Shown in pieces: positions 27,946-37,820 of a DNA stretch of 50,791 bases. Source of the DNA: a virus. The position numbers and the translations under genes are program-made. The notes beneath the pieces were generated by a model. The model saw only the letters and a program-made list of their open reading frames with translations. It did no database searches and was not told the DNA's origin. The stretch is from the UHGV virus genome UHGV-0205652. The stretch is one strand, 5' to 3'. Each line of letters begins with the position of its first letter. The first letter of the stretch is position 1.

Positions 27946-27946
27946 G

Positions 27947-28771
27947 TTAGTTGAATTTATTTAAGAGCTCAGTCAGCTTTTGAGTCGACGCTGGTCTGTC
28001 TATGTTATTCCTGACATTACTTCGCTTCTGCGCTCTGGCTATTCGGTCACCAAAATATTGTTTAAATAATATATATTCTGGCTTACTCTCAGGCTCAACA
28101 TCAAAGTAAGATATCTTTCCATACAGTGCACAAAGCCAATCTGCACATTGAATAGTCTGATACAATTTACTGTCTACCTGAACAGGTGCTTCCAGCAGCT
28201 GATACTTATCGCATTGATGCATTTCATATATCGAACGCTTTACAATTTCTTTTCTTATCTCATGGTCATCCATAAAAATAAGAAACTGAGCGTCTTGGCC
28301 CTTGAATTCATCATCAAGCCTTTTAATAACTTCTTTTAGACTGGATTTGTATACGCCTTGAGGATTGTGCTTCTCTATTCCCCTTTTTTTAGCTTCTCCA
28401 ACATAAAACAAAAAACCACCCATCTTGGTTATATTGTTTATAATTCGTCCAGTGCTGCCAATCAGAAAGCTTTTATAATTTTTTAAGTTGGCTACAGAAT
28501 ACTGTTTTGACCCTTTCTTTTCCCAGTTAGACAGTTGAAATTTTCCACCAGCCTCTTCTTCTTTCTTCCTTGCGGCAGGAATCTCATATTTACCAAAAAG
28601 ATTTTGTTTTAACTTAAAGAAGAAATGAGAGAAGTCTCGAACTCTATTAGCAGGAATTACAAACCCACCTAGTCCGAATACTGGGTGAGTGTTATGAAGC
28701 TCATGATCATGTGATATGAATGGACCGTCATGGCCAAATTCATCTAGATATACTATGTATAACTGAGACAT
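27947..28771 (-). CDS. DUF3800-family protein (predicted RNase H-like fold)
   Basis: N-terminal 'LYIVYLDEFGHDG' matches the Y.D.SG signature recalled for DUF3800. Own promoter and double terminator. Confidence 0.65.
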   Translation of the reverse strand: MSQLYIVYLDEFGHDGPFISHDHELHNTHPVFGLGGFVIPANRVRDFSHFFFKLKQNLFGKYEIPAARKKEEEAGGKFQLSNWEKKGSKQYSVANLKNYKSFLIGSTGRIINNITKMGGFLFYVGEAKKRGIEKHNPQGVYKSSLKEVIKRLDDEFKGQDAQFLIFMDDHEIRKEIVKRSIYEMHQCDKYQLLEAPVQVDSKLYQTIQCADWLCALYGKISYFDVEPESKPEYILFKQYFGDRIARAQKRSNVRNNIDRPASTQKLTELLNKFN

Positions 28772-28869
28772 GTTATTTTTCTATAGGTTTAAATACACGG
28801 AAGCCCGACTATAAATAGCCGAGCCCCGGAATCAGCAGCAGAGAATTTTCACCCCGCCTCTGACTTAAA

Positions 28870-28899
28870 AGTCTATTACCTTGAGGTTAATGGTGTCAA
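28870..28899 (-). promoter_or_regulatory. Candidate sigma70 promoter for the DUF3800 gene (TTGACA-18-TAGACT on the - strand)
   Basis: Hexamers read on the reverse complement. Confidence 0.3.
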
Positions 28900-29103
28900 G
28901 ATCTTTTTATTGCAGAATTACTCATTAAGCGTATAATTCGCGCCCCGTGAGATTGTCATATTTTGTATTATGTAACGAATTCAATTACCTAACCCTCACT
29001 TCATACCAAACTTTTATATATATCTTCCTCTGACAGAATGACACAAACTTGCTGTTCGGCTATCTTCGGACAAGGTTGGGATTACCGCTTTCAGAAAACG
29101 AAC

Positions 29104-29793
29104 CTATCTCTTCCTACTCACCAATCTGCGCTTACCACTGATCAGCTCATTATTACGCTTATCATCTTGCTTCATGATGTTGTCATATTCTTCTTTGGTG
29201 AAACCCTTCTCATCAGGGTATTTAGCTTTGAGCATCATCTGAAATTCAGTCATGGTTAACTGTTCGGCTTCCTCTCGATTCATACCAAAATGAGCGCGAG
29301 CAGAACTAATGTAGTCAATTGCCATAAACTCATCTGAGAATTCATTTTTGCCTTCGTTACGTTGAAGTTTGCGGATCTTAGCTTTACCGATAATTCCGTG
29401 AGTAAATAACTCTCTGGCAATGACGATAATGTCAGCGATTGGCATCTTGCCGTTTTTATAGACGATACCGCGTTTACCCGATCTCCATTCGCCAATGATT
29501 TCAGAACAATCATCATCACAGCACGCCTGCATAACCATCATTGCAGTTTGTAGAATATTGCGTCCGTATGTTGGCTTGCTAATGGCTTTTATTAACCACT
29601 CAGGAATAACCCTGTAGCTCATTACGGCGCGTGCAATTAACTCTTGCACCTCAGCGCCATTTAATTGACCGTAGGCTTTCACAATCTGTTTAGGCTCACC
29701 GATTCTTGTCATATTGATGAACGATGGTCTAAATAAGTAATCATTTTTATCAGTAGAGATAACCATCTCCCCGATTTCTAAAATAGGCGTCAT
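29104..29793 (-). CDS. Putative tail assembly chaperone (positional call; between the major tail protein and the TMP)
   Basis: Position only. No frameshift partner identified. Confidence 0.4.
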   Translation of the reverse strand: MTPILEIGEMVISTDKNDYLFRPSFINMTRIGEPKQIVKAYGQLNGAEVQELIARAVMSYRVIPEWLIKAISKPTYGRNILQTAMMVMQACCDDDCSEIIGEWRSGKRGIVYKNGKMPIADIIVIARELFTHGIIGKAKIRKLQRNEGKNEFSDEFMAIDYISSARAHFGMNREEAEQLTMTEFQMMLKAKYPDEKGFTKEEYDNIMKQDDKRNNELISGKRRLVSRKR

Positions 29794-29842
29794 AATCCCT
29801 CCTGAATATTATCAAGGGCACTCGAAAGCACCCTTTGTAATA

Positions 29843-30598
29843 TTAAGCAGCGGTAACATTGACCACGCATTTTGCTGTTTTACTACCATCTTCAGATGTG
29901 ACAGTGATATTTGCAGTACCTTCAGCAACACCACGCACAGTGACCACATTCACAAGCTGGGTAACTGTTGCAAAATTCGGCTTATCGCTTACAGCAGTGT
30001 AGTTTTTGTTCGTCGCATCGGTTGGGGTAAATTTGACGGTAAATGTCTTAGTTTCACCCACTTTTACAGACAGAGTGGCTGGTTCTACTGCGACACTTTC
30101 AACCACGATTTCTTCTTGTAGCCATTCAACCGTTTCTGCATCAGCAACTTTCAATTCACCTGAGTAAGTGGAAATTTCTTTTGTTGGAAATTCCATAGAC
30201 CATGATGTGAAAGTCATATAACCTTCGATTACATCAGTTCCATCGCCTTTCATATCTAACTGCACCCAATATGACGGCTGACGACCGGCTTTAACTTCAT
30301 CAAGGATTTCTTTAGCAATATCAAACGCGGAAGTAGAACCGGTTACACCAGCTTTTTTCAATTCACCGTCAAAGCTAATTGTCACATCAGCACCGGTAAC
30401 AATGGACTCCGACAATCCTTTTGTATCATCTGCGTTAGATGTCACTGTTTCCATACCGAAGTCTGTAGACTTACTTGTCAGCGCACCTAGTCGCATATAT
30501 TGGTTTTGTAATGGTCTTTGATTAGAACAGCCTTTTGCAATGCGCAGAATACCTGCGTTACCCATCACTAGGCCTTTATCATCAGGGCATTGTGCCAT
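29843..30598 (-). CDS. Major tail protein with a C-terminal Ig-like (Big_2) domain
   Basis: C-terminal 'VAVEPATLSVKVGETKTFTVKFTPTDATNKNYTAVSDKPNFATV...GTANITVTSEDGSKTAKCVVNV' is Big_2-like. Position after the neck genes. Confidence 0.8.
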   Translation of the reverse strand: MAQCPDDKGLVMGNAGILRIAKGCSNQRPLQNQYMRLGALTSKSTDFGMETVTSNADDTKGLSESIVTGADVTISFDGELKKAGVTGSTSAFDIAKEILDEVKAGRQPSYWVQLDMKGDGTDVIEGYMTFTSWSMEFPTKEISTYSGELKVADAETVEWLQEEIVVESVAVEPATLSVKVGETKTFTVKFTPTDATNKNYTAVSDKPNFATVTQLVNVVTVRGVAEGTANITVTSEDGSKTAKCVVNVTAA

Positions 30599-30611
30599 GT
30601 TATAACCTCTT

Positions 30612-30650
30612 TATTTGCAAATAAAAAAAGGCCGCATAAGCGACCTGTTA
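30612..30650 (-). terminator. Hairpin plus T-run on the - strand upstream of the major tail gene (possible attenuator)
   Basis: The reverse complement reads AGGTCGCTTATGCGGCCT + T7 (one mismatch in the stem). Confidence 0.3.
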
Positions 30651-30663
30651 AGATGTGTTTAAT

Positions 30664-31035
30664 TTAAGATGTACAGCGGAAAGAAAGCGGGATAATAAAC
30701 CTACCTTCTGTTGTTTGAATTGGATTAACAAAACCAGATGTATTGATAATAAAACCAATGTTATGACTTCTAGAGTGACACCTTACATACTCTAGTATTT
30801 CGTTAGCTCTCTGAACAATAAACTCAATCCACGCCTTACCAGATATGAGTGAAACGGTGAAGAAATCATCACCACTTAAATCATCAATGCGACCAGTTCC
30901 GTTTGGTTGCTGAAATACGATATATGAATCTGAATCATTACCTTCTTTTTCATTCCAAATATAATCCTGCTGAATGAAGCCATCAGATAACCCTGATTCA
31001 GAAAAATAGCTTTTCAGTCTCTCAAAGGTCGTCAT
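30664..31035 (-). CDS. Hypothetical neck/tail-completion protein
   Basis: Position in the head-tail joining block. Confidence 0.5.
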   Translation of the reverse strand: MTTFERLKSYFSESGLSDGFIQQDYIWNEKEGNDSDSYIVFQQPNGTGRIDDLSGDDFFTVSLISGKAWIEFIVQRANEILEYVRCHSRSHNIGFIINTSGFVNPIQTTEGRFIIPLSFRCTS

Positions 31036-31400
31036 ATTTTAAATTCCTCAGCAACAGCCTGATCAATCATTTGCTTCGTTTCCTCAAATCCTTTCAAGAG
31101 GAATTCTTTCTTAGCAGTAGATCTACGGAAACTTTGCTTAACATTAGGATCATGAACGAAAACAGCATATGAAGCAGAATAACCAACGCGACCAGTAAAT
31201 AGTGTGCCTTTTACTTTTACATCTCTAAATTGTGAATTAATGAGCGTTTTAGTGTCAATTGGCGTGTATATTGCAGCTTGCCTACCACCAATATCTAGCG
31301 CTCTATGCATGGCTCGAGCTATCTTCTTTGATGCTATGCTTCCAACCAGAGAGTTTAAGTTAGATATCGCATTACCTATTCCTTTTACTTTTGCCCCCAT
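31032..31400 (-). CDS. Head-tail joining protein (HK97 gp10-like)
   Basis: Position and size. Weak recollection of gp10-family features. Confidence 0.45.
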   Translation of the reverse strand: MGAKVKGIGNAISNLNSLVGSIASKKIARAMHRALDIGGRQAAIYTPIDTKTLINSQFRDVKVKGTLFTGRVGYSASYAVFVHDPNVKQSFRRSTAKKEFLLKGFEETKQMIDQAVAEEFKI

Positions 31401-31402
31401 AG

Positions 31403-31744
31403 TTACACCGCCGTTGTTAGTGTGTAATCATCTAGACCGCCATTAATATCACGGTCTCTATCGATAGACTTAACCCTACTAGCACCATGCAAAAATGGAT
31501 CTCTGTCTTCATGCTTACCAATGGCGATATAGTCTTCTTGAGAAGCTTCGCTATACTCAGTCCAAATAACATTCTTAATAATTATTTCAGTACCAATAGT
31601 TTTACTGCCATCTTTAAAGCTACTTCCGTAATCACACCGGATATGGATTGGCTCTGAAAATATAGGTTTACCATATTTATCTTTACCCTCAACTTTCCAG
31701 ATGGTTGCCCACCCTTTGCAAAATCGTCGCAGGATTTTCCCCAT
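31403..31744 (-). CDS. Hypothetical head-tail connector protein
   Basis: Position. Confidence 0.45.
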   Translation of the reverse strand: MGKILRRFCKGWATIWKVEGKDKYGKPIFSEPIHIRCDYGSSFKDGSKTIGTEIIIKNVIWTEYSEASQEDYIAIGKHEDRDPFLHGASRVKSIDRDRDINGGLDDYTLTTAV

Positions 31745-31745
31745 A

Positions 31746-32129
31746 TCACCCCCGAACTACATCAAACTGAATGACACCTACGGGGCGTTCAATAGGAAGG
31801 CTATTAGTACATCCATTGGTATCTAGGGAAGACAGCATTTTTAGCAACGTTTTTCTGCCATCAGAAAAATACTGATATGAAACAGAAGCGCCAGAAGGTG
31901 CGTGCTCTGACGCGATTTTACGAACATCAGCAGATGATAATATAAGGATAACCGAATACAGTTTAATTAAAGCAATTACCGCATCTGAATACCCTGCGCT
32001 ATCAAGGCAAGTATCAATAGTGTCCACTATAGATATAGCAGAGTTTATGACAAGACTTGTTGCCTCAAACCCCATCACCTCTAATTGCTCATTAACTTGC
32101 TCAACCGTAATCGCAATAGACATGCACAC
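31746..32129 (-). CDS. Hypothetical head completion/decoration protein
   Basis: Position after the coat protein. Confidence 0.45.
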   Translation of the reverse strand: MCMSIAITVEQVNEQLEVMGFEATSLVINSAISIVDTIDTCLDSAGYSDAVIALIKLYSVILILSSADVRKIASEHAPSGASVSYQYFSDGRKTLLKMLSSLDTNGCTNSLPIERPVGVIQFDVVRG

Positions 32130-32165
32130 TCCTCATGGATAAATAAGGGGCGGCGGCCCCTCACG

Positions 32166-33116
32166 TTACCCACCAACGCTAGTATCTTTGCCAAATGAAA
32201 CCATAACACCAGCAGTATCTTTAATATCAGTAGCAATTTGCTTCCAGTTAGCTACCGTGGCAATCTGTTCGTTAGTTGGCGATTTGATGCTATCTTTGCT
32301 CCACTGGTAACCACGCAAACCAATAGTAAAGTCGTACTCACCTTGCATTAGTGCCTTAATATTTTCTTGCCCTAATACATCCTGAGCCTTCATGATTAGT
32401 GGTGATGTTTGAACCGCAGCAGCACCAGTCACTAAACCTAGCGAATGTTGTTTGTCTGCATCTGATAAAGCTGGGATATCAGAAATAACAAAACGGCGTC
32501 CAAGGTTATCTTGTTTAATGGCGACGTTACCAATTTGGAATAGGTTATTTGCGTTGGTTAATGTCTCATCCATAAAGTCGTTGAACGTAGCGCCATCCAT
32601 TAACCAAGCGACAATACGCGAATATGCATCACCGAATGGGCGTGTTGCCTTATTTAAACCTCTTAATGATGGCGTTTCACCTCCAACAGTAACGGCTGTT
32701 TTATTACCAGAAATAGCTGCTTTTAATGCCGCGCCAGTAGTATTCAGGTAATCTTGTAACATGGCTTCTGCTGATTGAGCAGCAACTACCGCAGCCGCTT
32801 CTGATACATCCTTACCTAATCGCTTCATCATTGTCGGGGTAACTGAGACAGGGCCAATACGACCATCAATCTTAATCATACGGTCAAGGATTTGCCCCAA
32901 TTCTTGTGGCGTTAGATTACCTGAACCATATGCATTGCGTCGCTGAGCCAACCCACCAAGCAACTGCCATGATGTTTGCTCAATGTAATCACCGATATGA
33001 TCACCATCGCCAATAACTAAAGCACCACCAGATGCTTCGTTAAATTGACGGACAGCCTGAGCAACCAACTCTGTTGCCGCTAGAGACACTTGTTTTTGAA
33101 AAATATATAAAGACAT
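32166..33116 (-). CDS. Major capsid (coat) protein
   Basis: 316 aa directly after the scaffold gene. SD GGAGG region. Confidence 0.75.
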   Translation of the reverse strand: MSLYIFQKQVSLAATELVAQAVRQFNEASGGALVIGDGDHIGDYIEQTSWQLLGGLAQRRNAYGSGNLTPQELGQILDRMIKIDGRIGPVSVTPTMMKRLGKDVSEAAAVVAAQSAEAMLQDYLNTTGAALKAAISGNKTAVTVGGETPSLRGLNKATRPFGDAYSRIVAWLMDGATFNDFMDETLTNANNLFQIGNVAIKQDNLGRRFVISDIPALSDADKQHSLGLVTGAAAVQTSPLIMKAQDVLGQENIKALMQGEYDFTIGLRGYQWSKDSIKSPTNEQIATVANWKQIATDIKDTAGVMVSFGKDTSVGG

Positions 33117-33121
33117 ATAAA

Positions 33122-33808
33122 TTAATCCTCTTGGATATTAGCAATGATTTCACGTGCGCTGTCCACTAACGGATTCGCGCTTTTGGGTTTTTCACTGCCT
33201 CCGGCTGGTGATTTCCCTTTACCGCCGTCCCCTCCGGTTCCGGTGGCTTTACTACCAATAATTACTGGAGCAAATAACGGGTTACTACGAAATTCTTTTT
33301 CTAAATCATCAATGGTAAATGCAGAAGGATGACCGTTAGCATCAACCACTCGCGTTTTACCGTCCTCTACTGATAATCGAGATTTAATGTGTGGCATGAT
33401 TAACGGGGCAGCGTCACCAGCAAGCTTTGTAGCCACGGTTTGAGCAACGTTATCAACTAATAGCGTATGTAGACTCGCATCTTTCTCCTGTAGCTGTGCT
33501 AATAGCTCGTTTTCACGCGCCTTTAACTTTTCAGCCCAGCTTTTTTCTAGTGATTCGATATCGCCATTTTTACGCGCTTGATCTTCTGCTGCTTTTTTTG
33601 CAGCCTCTTCAGCTTGCCGGCGTTTCTCCTGCTCTGATTTTTTCTCAGAAAGTAATTCATCAACTTTCTTTTGAAGTCCTGACACATCTGGAATTTCTGG
33701 CATACCTTCGATTTGAAGTTGGTAATTACCACCAGACTCTTTGTAAAGAGCCTTTTGCTCATCAGTTAATGCGTCAAATTCTTCTTTCGTTAATAAATAT
33801 TTAAACAT
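33122..33808 (-). CDS. Capsid scaffolding protein
   Basis: Charged coiled-coil protein between the MuF-like gene and the coat gene. Confidence 0.75.
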   Translation of the reverse strand: MFKYLLTKEEFDALTDEQKALYKESGGNYQLQIEGMPEIPDVSGLQKKVDELLSEKKSEQEKRRQAEEAAKKAAEDQARKNGDIESLEKSWAEKLKARENELLAQLQEKDASLHTLLVDNVAQTVATKLAGDAAPLIMPHIKSRLSVEDGKTRVVDANGHPSAFTIDDLEKEFRSNPLFAPVIIGSKATGTGGDGGKGKSPAGGSEKPKSANPLVDSAREIIANIQED

Positions 33809-33882
33809 CGTAAAACCTCTGGTTTAGATGGTGCAGTCTCTAACTGCAGATAATAAAAAACCCACTCAGTGGTGGGCCTGTG

Positions 33883-34953
33883 TTATTTCAATTCAATTCC
33901 TGCTCGCTCAAACGCTTTAGGCGCAAGCTTTTGCATATCTTTAAGTGTCATTGGTTTAAAGTTTTTATGTAACTGCAACTGTGCGAATCGCTCTGGAGAT
34001 AAACCACCATCACGAAACAACTTCCCTCTAGTCGGACCCAATATTAAATCCTGTCTTTTGGCCGGTTGCCTAGATAGCCACTCATAATAGCTTTCTTCTC
34101 CCCATTCAGATCTTCCTATTGGTTTAGTTATTATCAAATTAGCAAATTTATCATTAAGTATTGGCAATCGCTGACTTCGGCAGCTTGGGTGTAATGGTGG
34201 CATTGGGCCAACCCCAACAGGATATCGGTTTCCTGATAAAGCCCTACACGTCGATGATGTTTTGTTGTCCAGTATTGCGCTGAACTCTTCCTCTTTAATT
34301 AAATCGTCATTCTCCTTATAAAATTCCTGAGCCGCACATGTATGAGCATGCTGAATTGCCGTATTTGCAATTGTTCTGTAGTTGTAAGTAATTCGAGATA
34401 TCGTCGATGTAGAGACCTGTGTTTTATCAATTGCAGCCCCATTAATAGTGGACTGTAGAACTTGAATGTTACTTTGAGCAGCCATAGCCAAAACAGTCTG
34501 ATTCTCTACTTGCTGGATAGAGCTAGTCACCCAAGATGATATAAATTTCTTGAGAAATAAAGAGCCGCCCCAAGCGGTTAATATCAGCGGCACATTTAAA
34601 ATGGCTTTTTTAACTTTCTCAGCATCAGGCTTGCTTACTTCATTTGTTACTATCTGCGATAAGCTATCAACTTCAAGTTGGCCTGACTCAACACCGATAT
34701 CGAGAACAGATTGCAGCAAATACTCAGAGTAACCGGTCAGCACTGGAGATAACTCTCGCTTTAATTCAGCGATTATGGCGTTTAGTTTTGACCTCGATGT
34801 TATCTGACCTGAGAAATTAGCTAACGCCTTTGCAACCGAAGCTCTTAGTTCTCTTTGCATTTCCTCACTATCAACAATGCCAGCTTTGAGACGCTCTAGG
34901 AGAATTTGGATCATCATTGAGTTATCTAACATCAATTGTGATTGCATATTCAC
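33883..34953 (-). CDS. Head morphogenesis protein, SPP1 gp7 / Mu F-like
   Basis: C-terminal 'ILDNKTSSTCRALSGNRYP...PLHPSCRSQ' matches the Phage_Mu_F signature. Confidence 0.85.
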   Translation of the reverse strand: MNMQSQLMLDNSMMIQILLERLKAGIVDSEEMQRELRASVAKALANFSGQITSRSKLNAIIAELKRELSPVLTGYSEYLLQSVLDIGVESGQLEVDSLSQIVTNEVSKPDAEKVKKAILNVPLILTAWGGSLFLKKFISSWVTSSIQQVENQTVLAMAAQSNIQVLQSTINGAAIDKTQVSTSTISRITYNYRTIANTAIQHAHTCAAQEFYKENDDLIKEEEFSAILDNKTSSTCRALSGNRYPVGVGPMPPLHPSCRSQRLPILNDKFANLIITKPIGRSEWGEESYYEWLSRQPAKRQDLILGPTRGKLFRDGGLSPERFAQLQLHKNFKPMTLKDMQKLAPKAFERAGIELK

Positions 34954-34955
34954 CT

Positions 34956-36332
34956 CTACATCATTGAGTTAGCACGCGATAATTCTATCTCTTCGATAAC
35001 ATCCTCAGGCTTCTCATCTTGTGGAATAATATTGATACTTTGCAGGTACTTAACAAAATCAATCAATCGCATAGTGCCAGACTGTAAAGCAGCAAGTAAT
35101 GCCGTAATTGCTTGAGAATCTAATTTAGCAATGTCGTAAACTTTATTTAGCTCAATAGTCGCCTCACCACTCCCCTCAAACTGAATGCAGAAATTAAGTG
35201 CTCGGTTAACGGCCTGTTCGACGTTTCCGGAACATAATGAAAGCACTGAATTATCTGTTTGAGCCTCATCCTGCGCCTGAGTTGCTGTTCTTGCTGATGT
35301 TCCGCGCTCGACTAACTTAGCGCCCAGCATTGCCATCTGCTTTTCTCTGCGCTCGGCTAGGGTTATCTGAATATTCCTATCTTCGGGCTGTGCAAACTTC
35401 ATGTCACCACCTTGTGGTAGTAGCACCCCTTTACGCGAGCCAACAGTAAATCCATCAGACATATAGTTTTTAACCCAATCGTCTGTAAGCCCCGTTAATG
35501 CGACCATTGGTTGTCCGACGGTATGTGCAGACTCTGCAATATCAGCTTCAGCCTGGTAATGTTTGATATTCACATATGCAATATCAGCAAGAGGTGGAGC
35601 GTCAGGAGTGTGATCGTTATTCATTGAGCCAATCCATGACCAAGGAAGCTCCCTTAATGGAATGCCGTGCGCATCCTTTAATACAACCCACTCTGTAACT
35701 TTTATATCTCCATCTTCATGCCAGCGACGAGAGCAAGCTACATTGTTAACAAGCCTTAATTCAATCCAGTTATTCTGCATTTGCAGTTCAAAATCATCTG
35801 TATCTACTGGCTCTTGATATTTGAGAACAACGAGGGATGTTTTCCCGTTCGTTACACGCCAATTAATAATTTCTTTTGCTGTAAACAACCGAATATAGGA
35901 GCGACCTTTATTAGCCTCTGACTGAATACCTGAGCCACTAAAATCACTTAATAAACCTGCTCGACCACGCTGTAAGTTTTGCGATAACGCATCCCTTATC
36001 ATTTGAGTAAGTGGCTGACCTTGACCGTCAATATCAGTTTCTAAATACTCAACATCACCACTAATACTAATCTTTACTGGCTTACTGAAAGCAATACCAA
36101 GCAAACCACTAAGTGTCCTACCCGTGGCATTCAGAAATGATGCTCTAGCTAAATAGCGCTTATAACGCTCATTACCCTTATCATCTTCACCTTCGTTATC
36201 TGCTGGATGAGGGAGATATTTCTCTTTTTTGCTTTTAACAACTCGCTCGCCATCAACACAATCGCCGATCATGTCCCACTCAGGCAAAAACTCATTGTAA
36301 GCTGGATGCTTATAATCAACGTTTGTATTCAT
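34956..36332 (-). CDS. Portal protein
   Basis: 458 aa immediately after TerL. Typical order TerS-TerL-portal-MuF. Confidence 0.8.
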   Translation of the reverse strand: MNTNVDYKHPAYNEFLPEWDMIGDCVDGERVVKSKKEKYLPHPADNEGEDDKGNERYKRYLARASFLNATGRTLSGLLGIAFSKPVKISISGDVEYLETDIDGQGQPLTQMIRDALSQNLQRGRAGLLSDFSGSGIQSEANKGRSYIRLFTAKEIINWRVTNGKTSLVVLKYQEPVDTDDFELQMQNNWIELRLVNNVACSRRWHEDGDIKVTEWVVLKDAHGIPLRELPWSWIGSMNNDHTPDAPPLADIAYVNIKHYQAEADIAESAHTVGQPMVALTGLTDDWVKNYMSDGFTVGSRKGVLLPQGGDMKFAQPEDRNIQITLAERREKQMAMLGAKLVERGTSARTATQAQDEAQTDNSVLSLCSGNVEQAVNRALNFCIQFEGSGEATIELNKVYDIAKLDSQAITALLAALQSGTMRLIDFVKYLQSINIIPQDEKPEDVIEEIELSRANSMM

Positions 36333-36333
36333 G

Positions 36334-37818
36334 TTAATTCCAGTTAAATTCTATTTTCTTAGTCAATCGTTTAGTATTTCTTCTGCTCACCGCAAAATAC
36401 CTAAATCCGTCAGCATCATGTGACGTGTAATCGTGAAGCGGTTTATCTTTCCAACAGCCCCGTTTGTCATCCCACTCTTTGCGATAAGCTTCTAGATGAG
36501 CAATGCCTTCACTACATTTATGCTCATCGAACACGCAAAGTGGCAGAATTTCACGCACCGCCTCGATACCTTCATCAACTGAAAGCTTCGGCACTACTTC
36601 AAATCGGATTGAGTAAATTTGTCCATCGATTTCGTACCCTTCACGCGCTAACTCACGTCGAGATTTCGCATCCGAGCCAAACTCACGGTTATCGATATCA
36701 TGAGGGCCATTGTGACTTGCATATGTGTAGCCTTTGTCTTTTAACACTTTCATGTAGTGCCGTAGACCTTCACCACTGTTTGAGTAGTGGTCTATAATGT
36801 GGAACTCCTCGCCCACTTCACGAATAAACCAAATTGACGTTGAGTCACCCACACCAATATCCCAGTAAGTATGCACAGGTAAGTGTGAATTATCAGGAAG
36901 CGTACCAATGCGTTTATTTTCGTAGAGAAAGCGGAATTGCTTAGCGTAGTAAGCGCCTTCAACCGATTGTTGGAATGCCTCGGATGGTATTGACGGGTAT
37001 TCCCGTTTCATATCATCGCCAAGCGTTTTCTCTTTGGCGTAATACCATGCTTTTTGACGCTCGTTTAATTGAACACCATGTTTGCTGGCTATCTCATCGA
37101 AATAATCAACTAACCGTTGCGGTAATGGCTCAACAGGGTTGATGGCATACTCTGGATTCTTCCACCATGAGAAGAAAAAGAACTTCCAGTCTAGGTTAGA
37201 GAGAGTCTTATTCTGAATTTGCGCTTTCTCAGCAGACTGGCAATAATCGAAGAAATAACCTGCTCGACCCTCCGCTGTGCTTTCAATCGTCGTAAAACAA
37301 TCGCTTGATACCGCCTCAAATGCGCCAGTGACAATCTCACGGGCTTTCTCTGGATACTTAGCACATATCTTACCGAACTCAGAAACGTGCAAATAACGGA
37401 GCGTACCGCCACGAAATGACGTGCTGATATAAAGTGACCCACCTTTACTAAAAACCAACTCACCAGACGCGTCATTACTTGCCGGGTTAGCCGCTTTGAT
37501 TTCATCAGGTAACTTTTCATAGGCATACTTTATCTTTTCCCTGAATAGTCGCTTAGCATCGTTAAGTGTGTGGGCTATCAATGCACATTTAGCCGCCTCA
37601 AATAACGCTGCGTCTAGCTGGATGATGCAGACCTCAGTAGTGAAGCCAAGCTGACGGGCTTTAAGGATAATGTTTCGCGTGTGCATCCCTTCAAAATATT
37701 CGAGTTGCTCAGGCGTCATTTTAAATCGGACTGGCTTGCCTTCTTTATTGGTTATCCAGTAGAGGTGATTTAATCGCCAGAGCTTATCTCTCAATAATGC
37801 AAGATGTTCTGGCTTCAT
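36334..37818 (-). CDS. terL: Terminase large subunit (pac-type)
   Basis: Walker A-like 'LKARQLGFTT', then the ATPase and nuclease ('DIGVGD') regions. Confidence 0.9.
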   Translation of the reverse strand: MKPEHLALLRDKLWRLNHLYWITNKEGKPVRFKMTPEQLEYFEGMHTRNIILKARQLGFTTEVCIIQLDAALFEAAKCALIAHTLNDAKRLFREKIKYAYEKLPDEIKAANPASNDASGELVFSKGGSLYISTSFRGGTLRYLHVSEFGKICAKYPEKAREIVTGAFEAVSSDCFTTIESTAEGRAGYFFDYCQSAEKAQIQNKTLSNLDWKFFFFSWWKNPEYAINPVEPLPQRLVDYFDEIASKHGVQLNERQKAWYYAKEKTLGDDMKREYPSIPSEAFQQSVEGAYYAKQFRFLYENKRIGTLPDNSHLPVHTYWDIGVGDSTSIWFIREVGEEFHIIDHYSNSGEGLRHYMKVLKDKGYTYASHNGPHDIDNREFGSDAKSRRELAREGYEIDGQIYSIRFEVVPKLSVDEGIEAVREILPLCVFDEHKCSEGIAHLEAYRKEWDDKRGCWKDKPLHDYTSHDADGFRYFAVSRRNTKRLTKKIEFNWN

Positions 37819-37820
37819 GA

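Noticed and set aside
29038-29259. + strand 73-aa ORF overlapping the tail chaperone candidate
   Set aside because: Antisense to a longer ORF, no SD, and hydrophobic low-complexity translation typical of a wrong-strand read.
30612-30650. Calling the hairpin upstream of the major tail gene a strong terminator
   Set aside because: The stem has a mismatch and would cut the major tail gene off from late transcription. More likely a weak attenuator or processing site. Listed as a low-confidence feature only.
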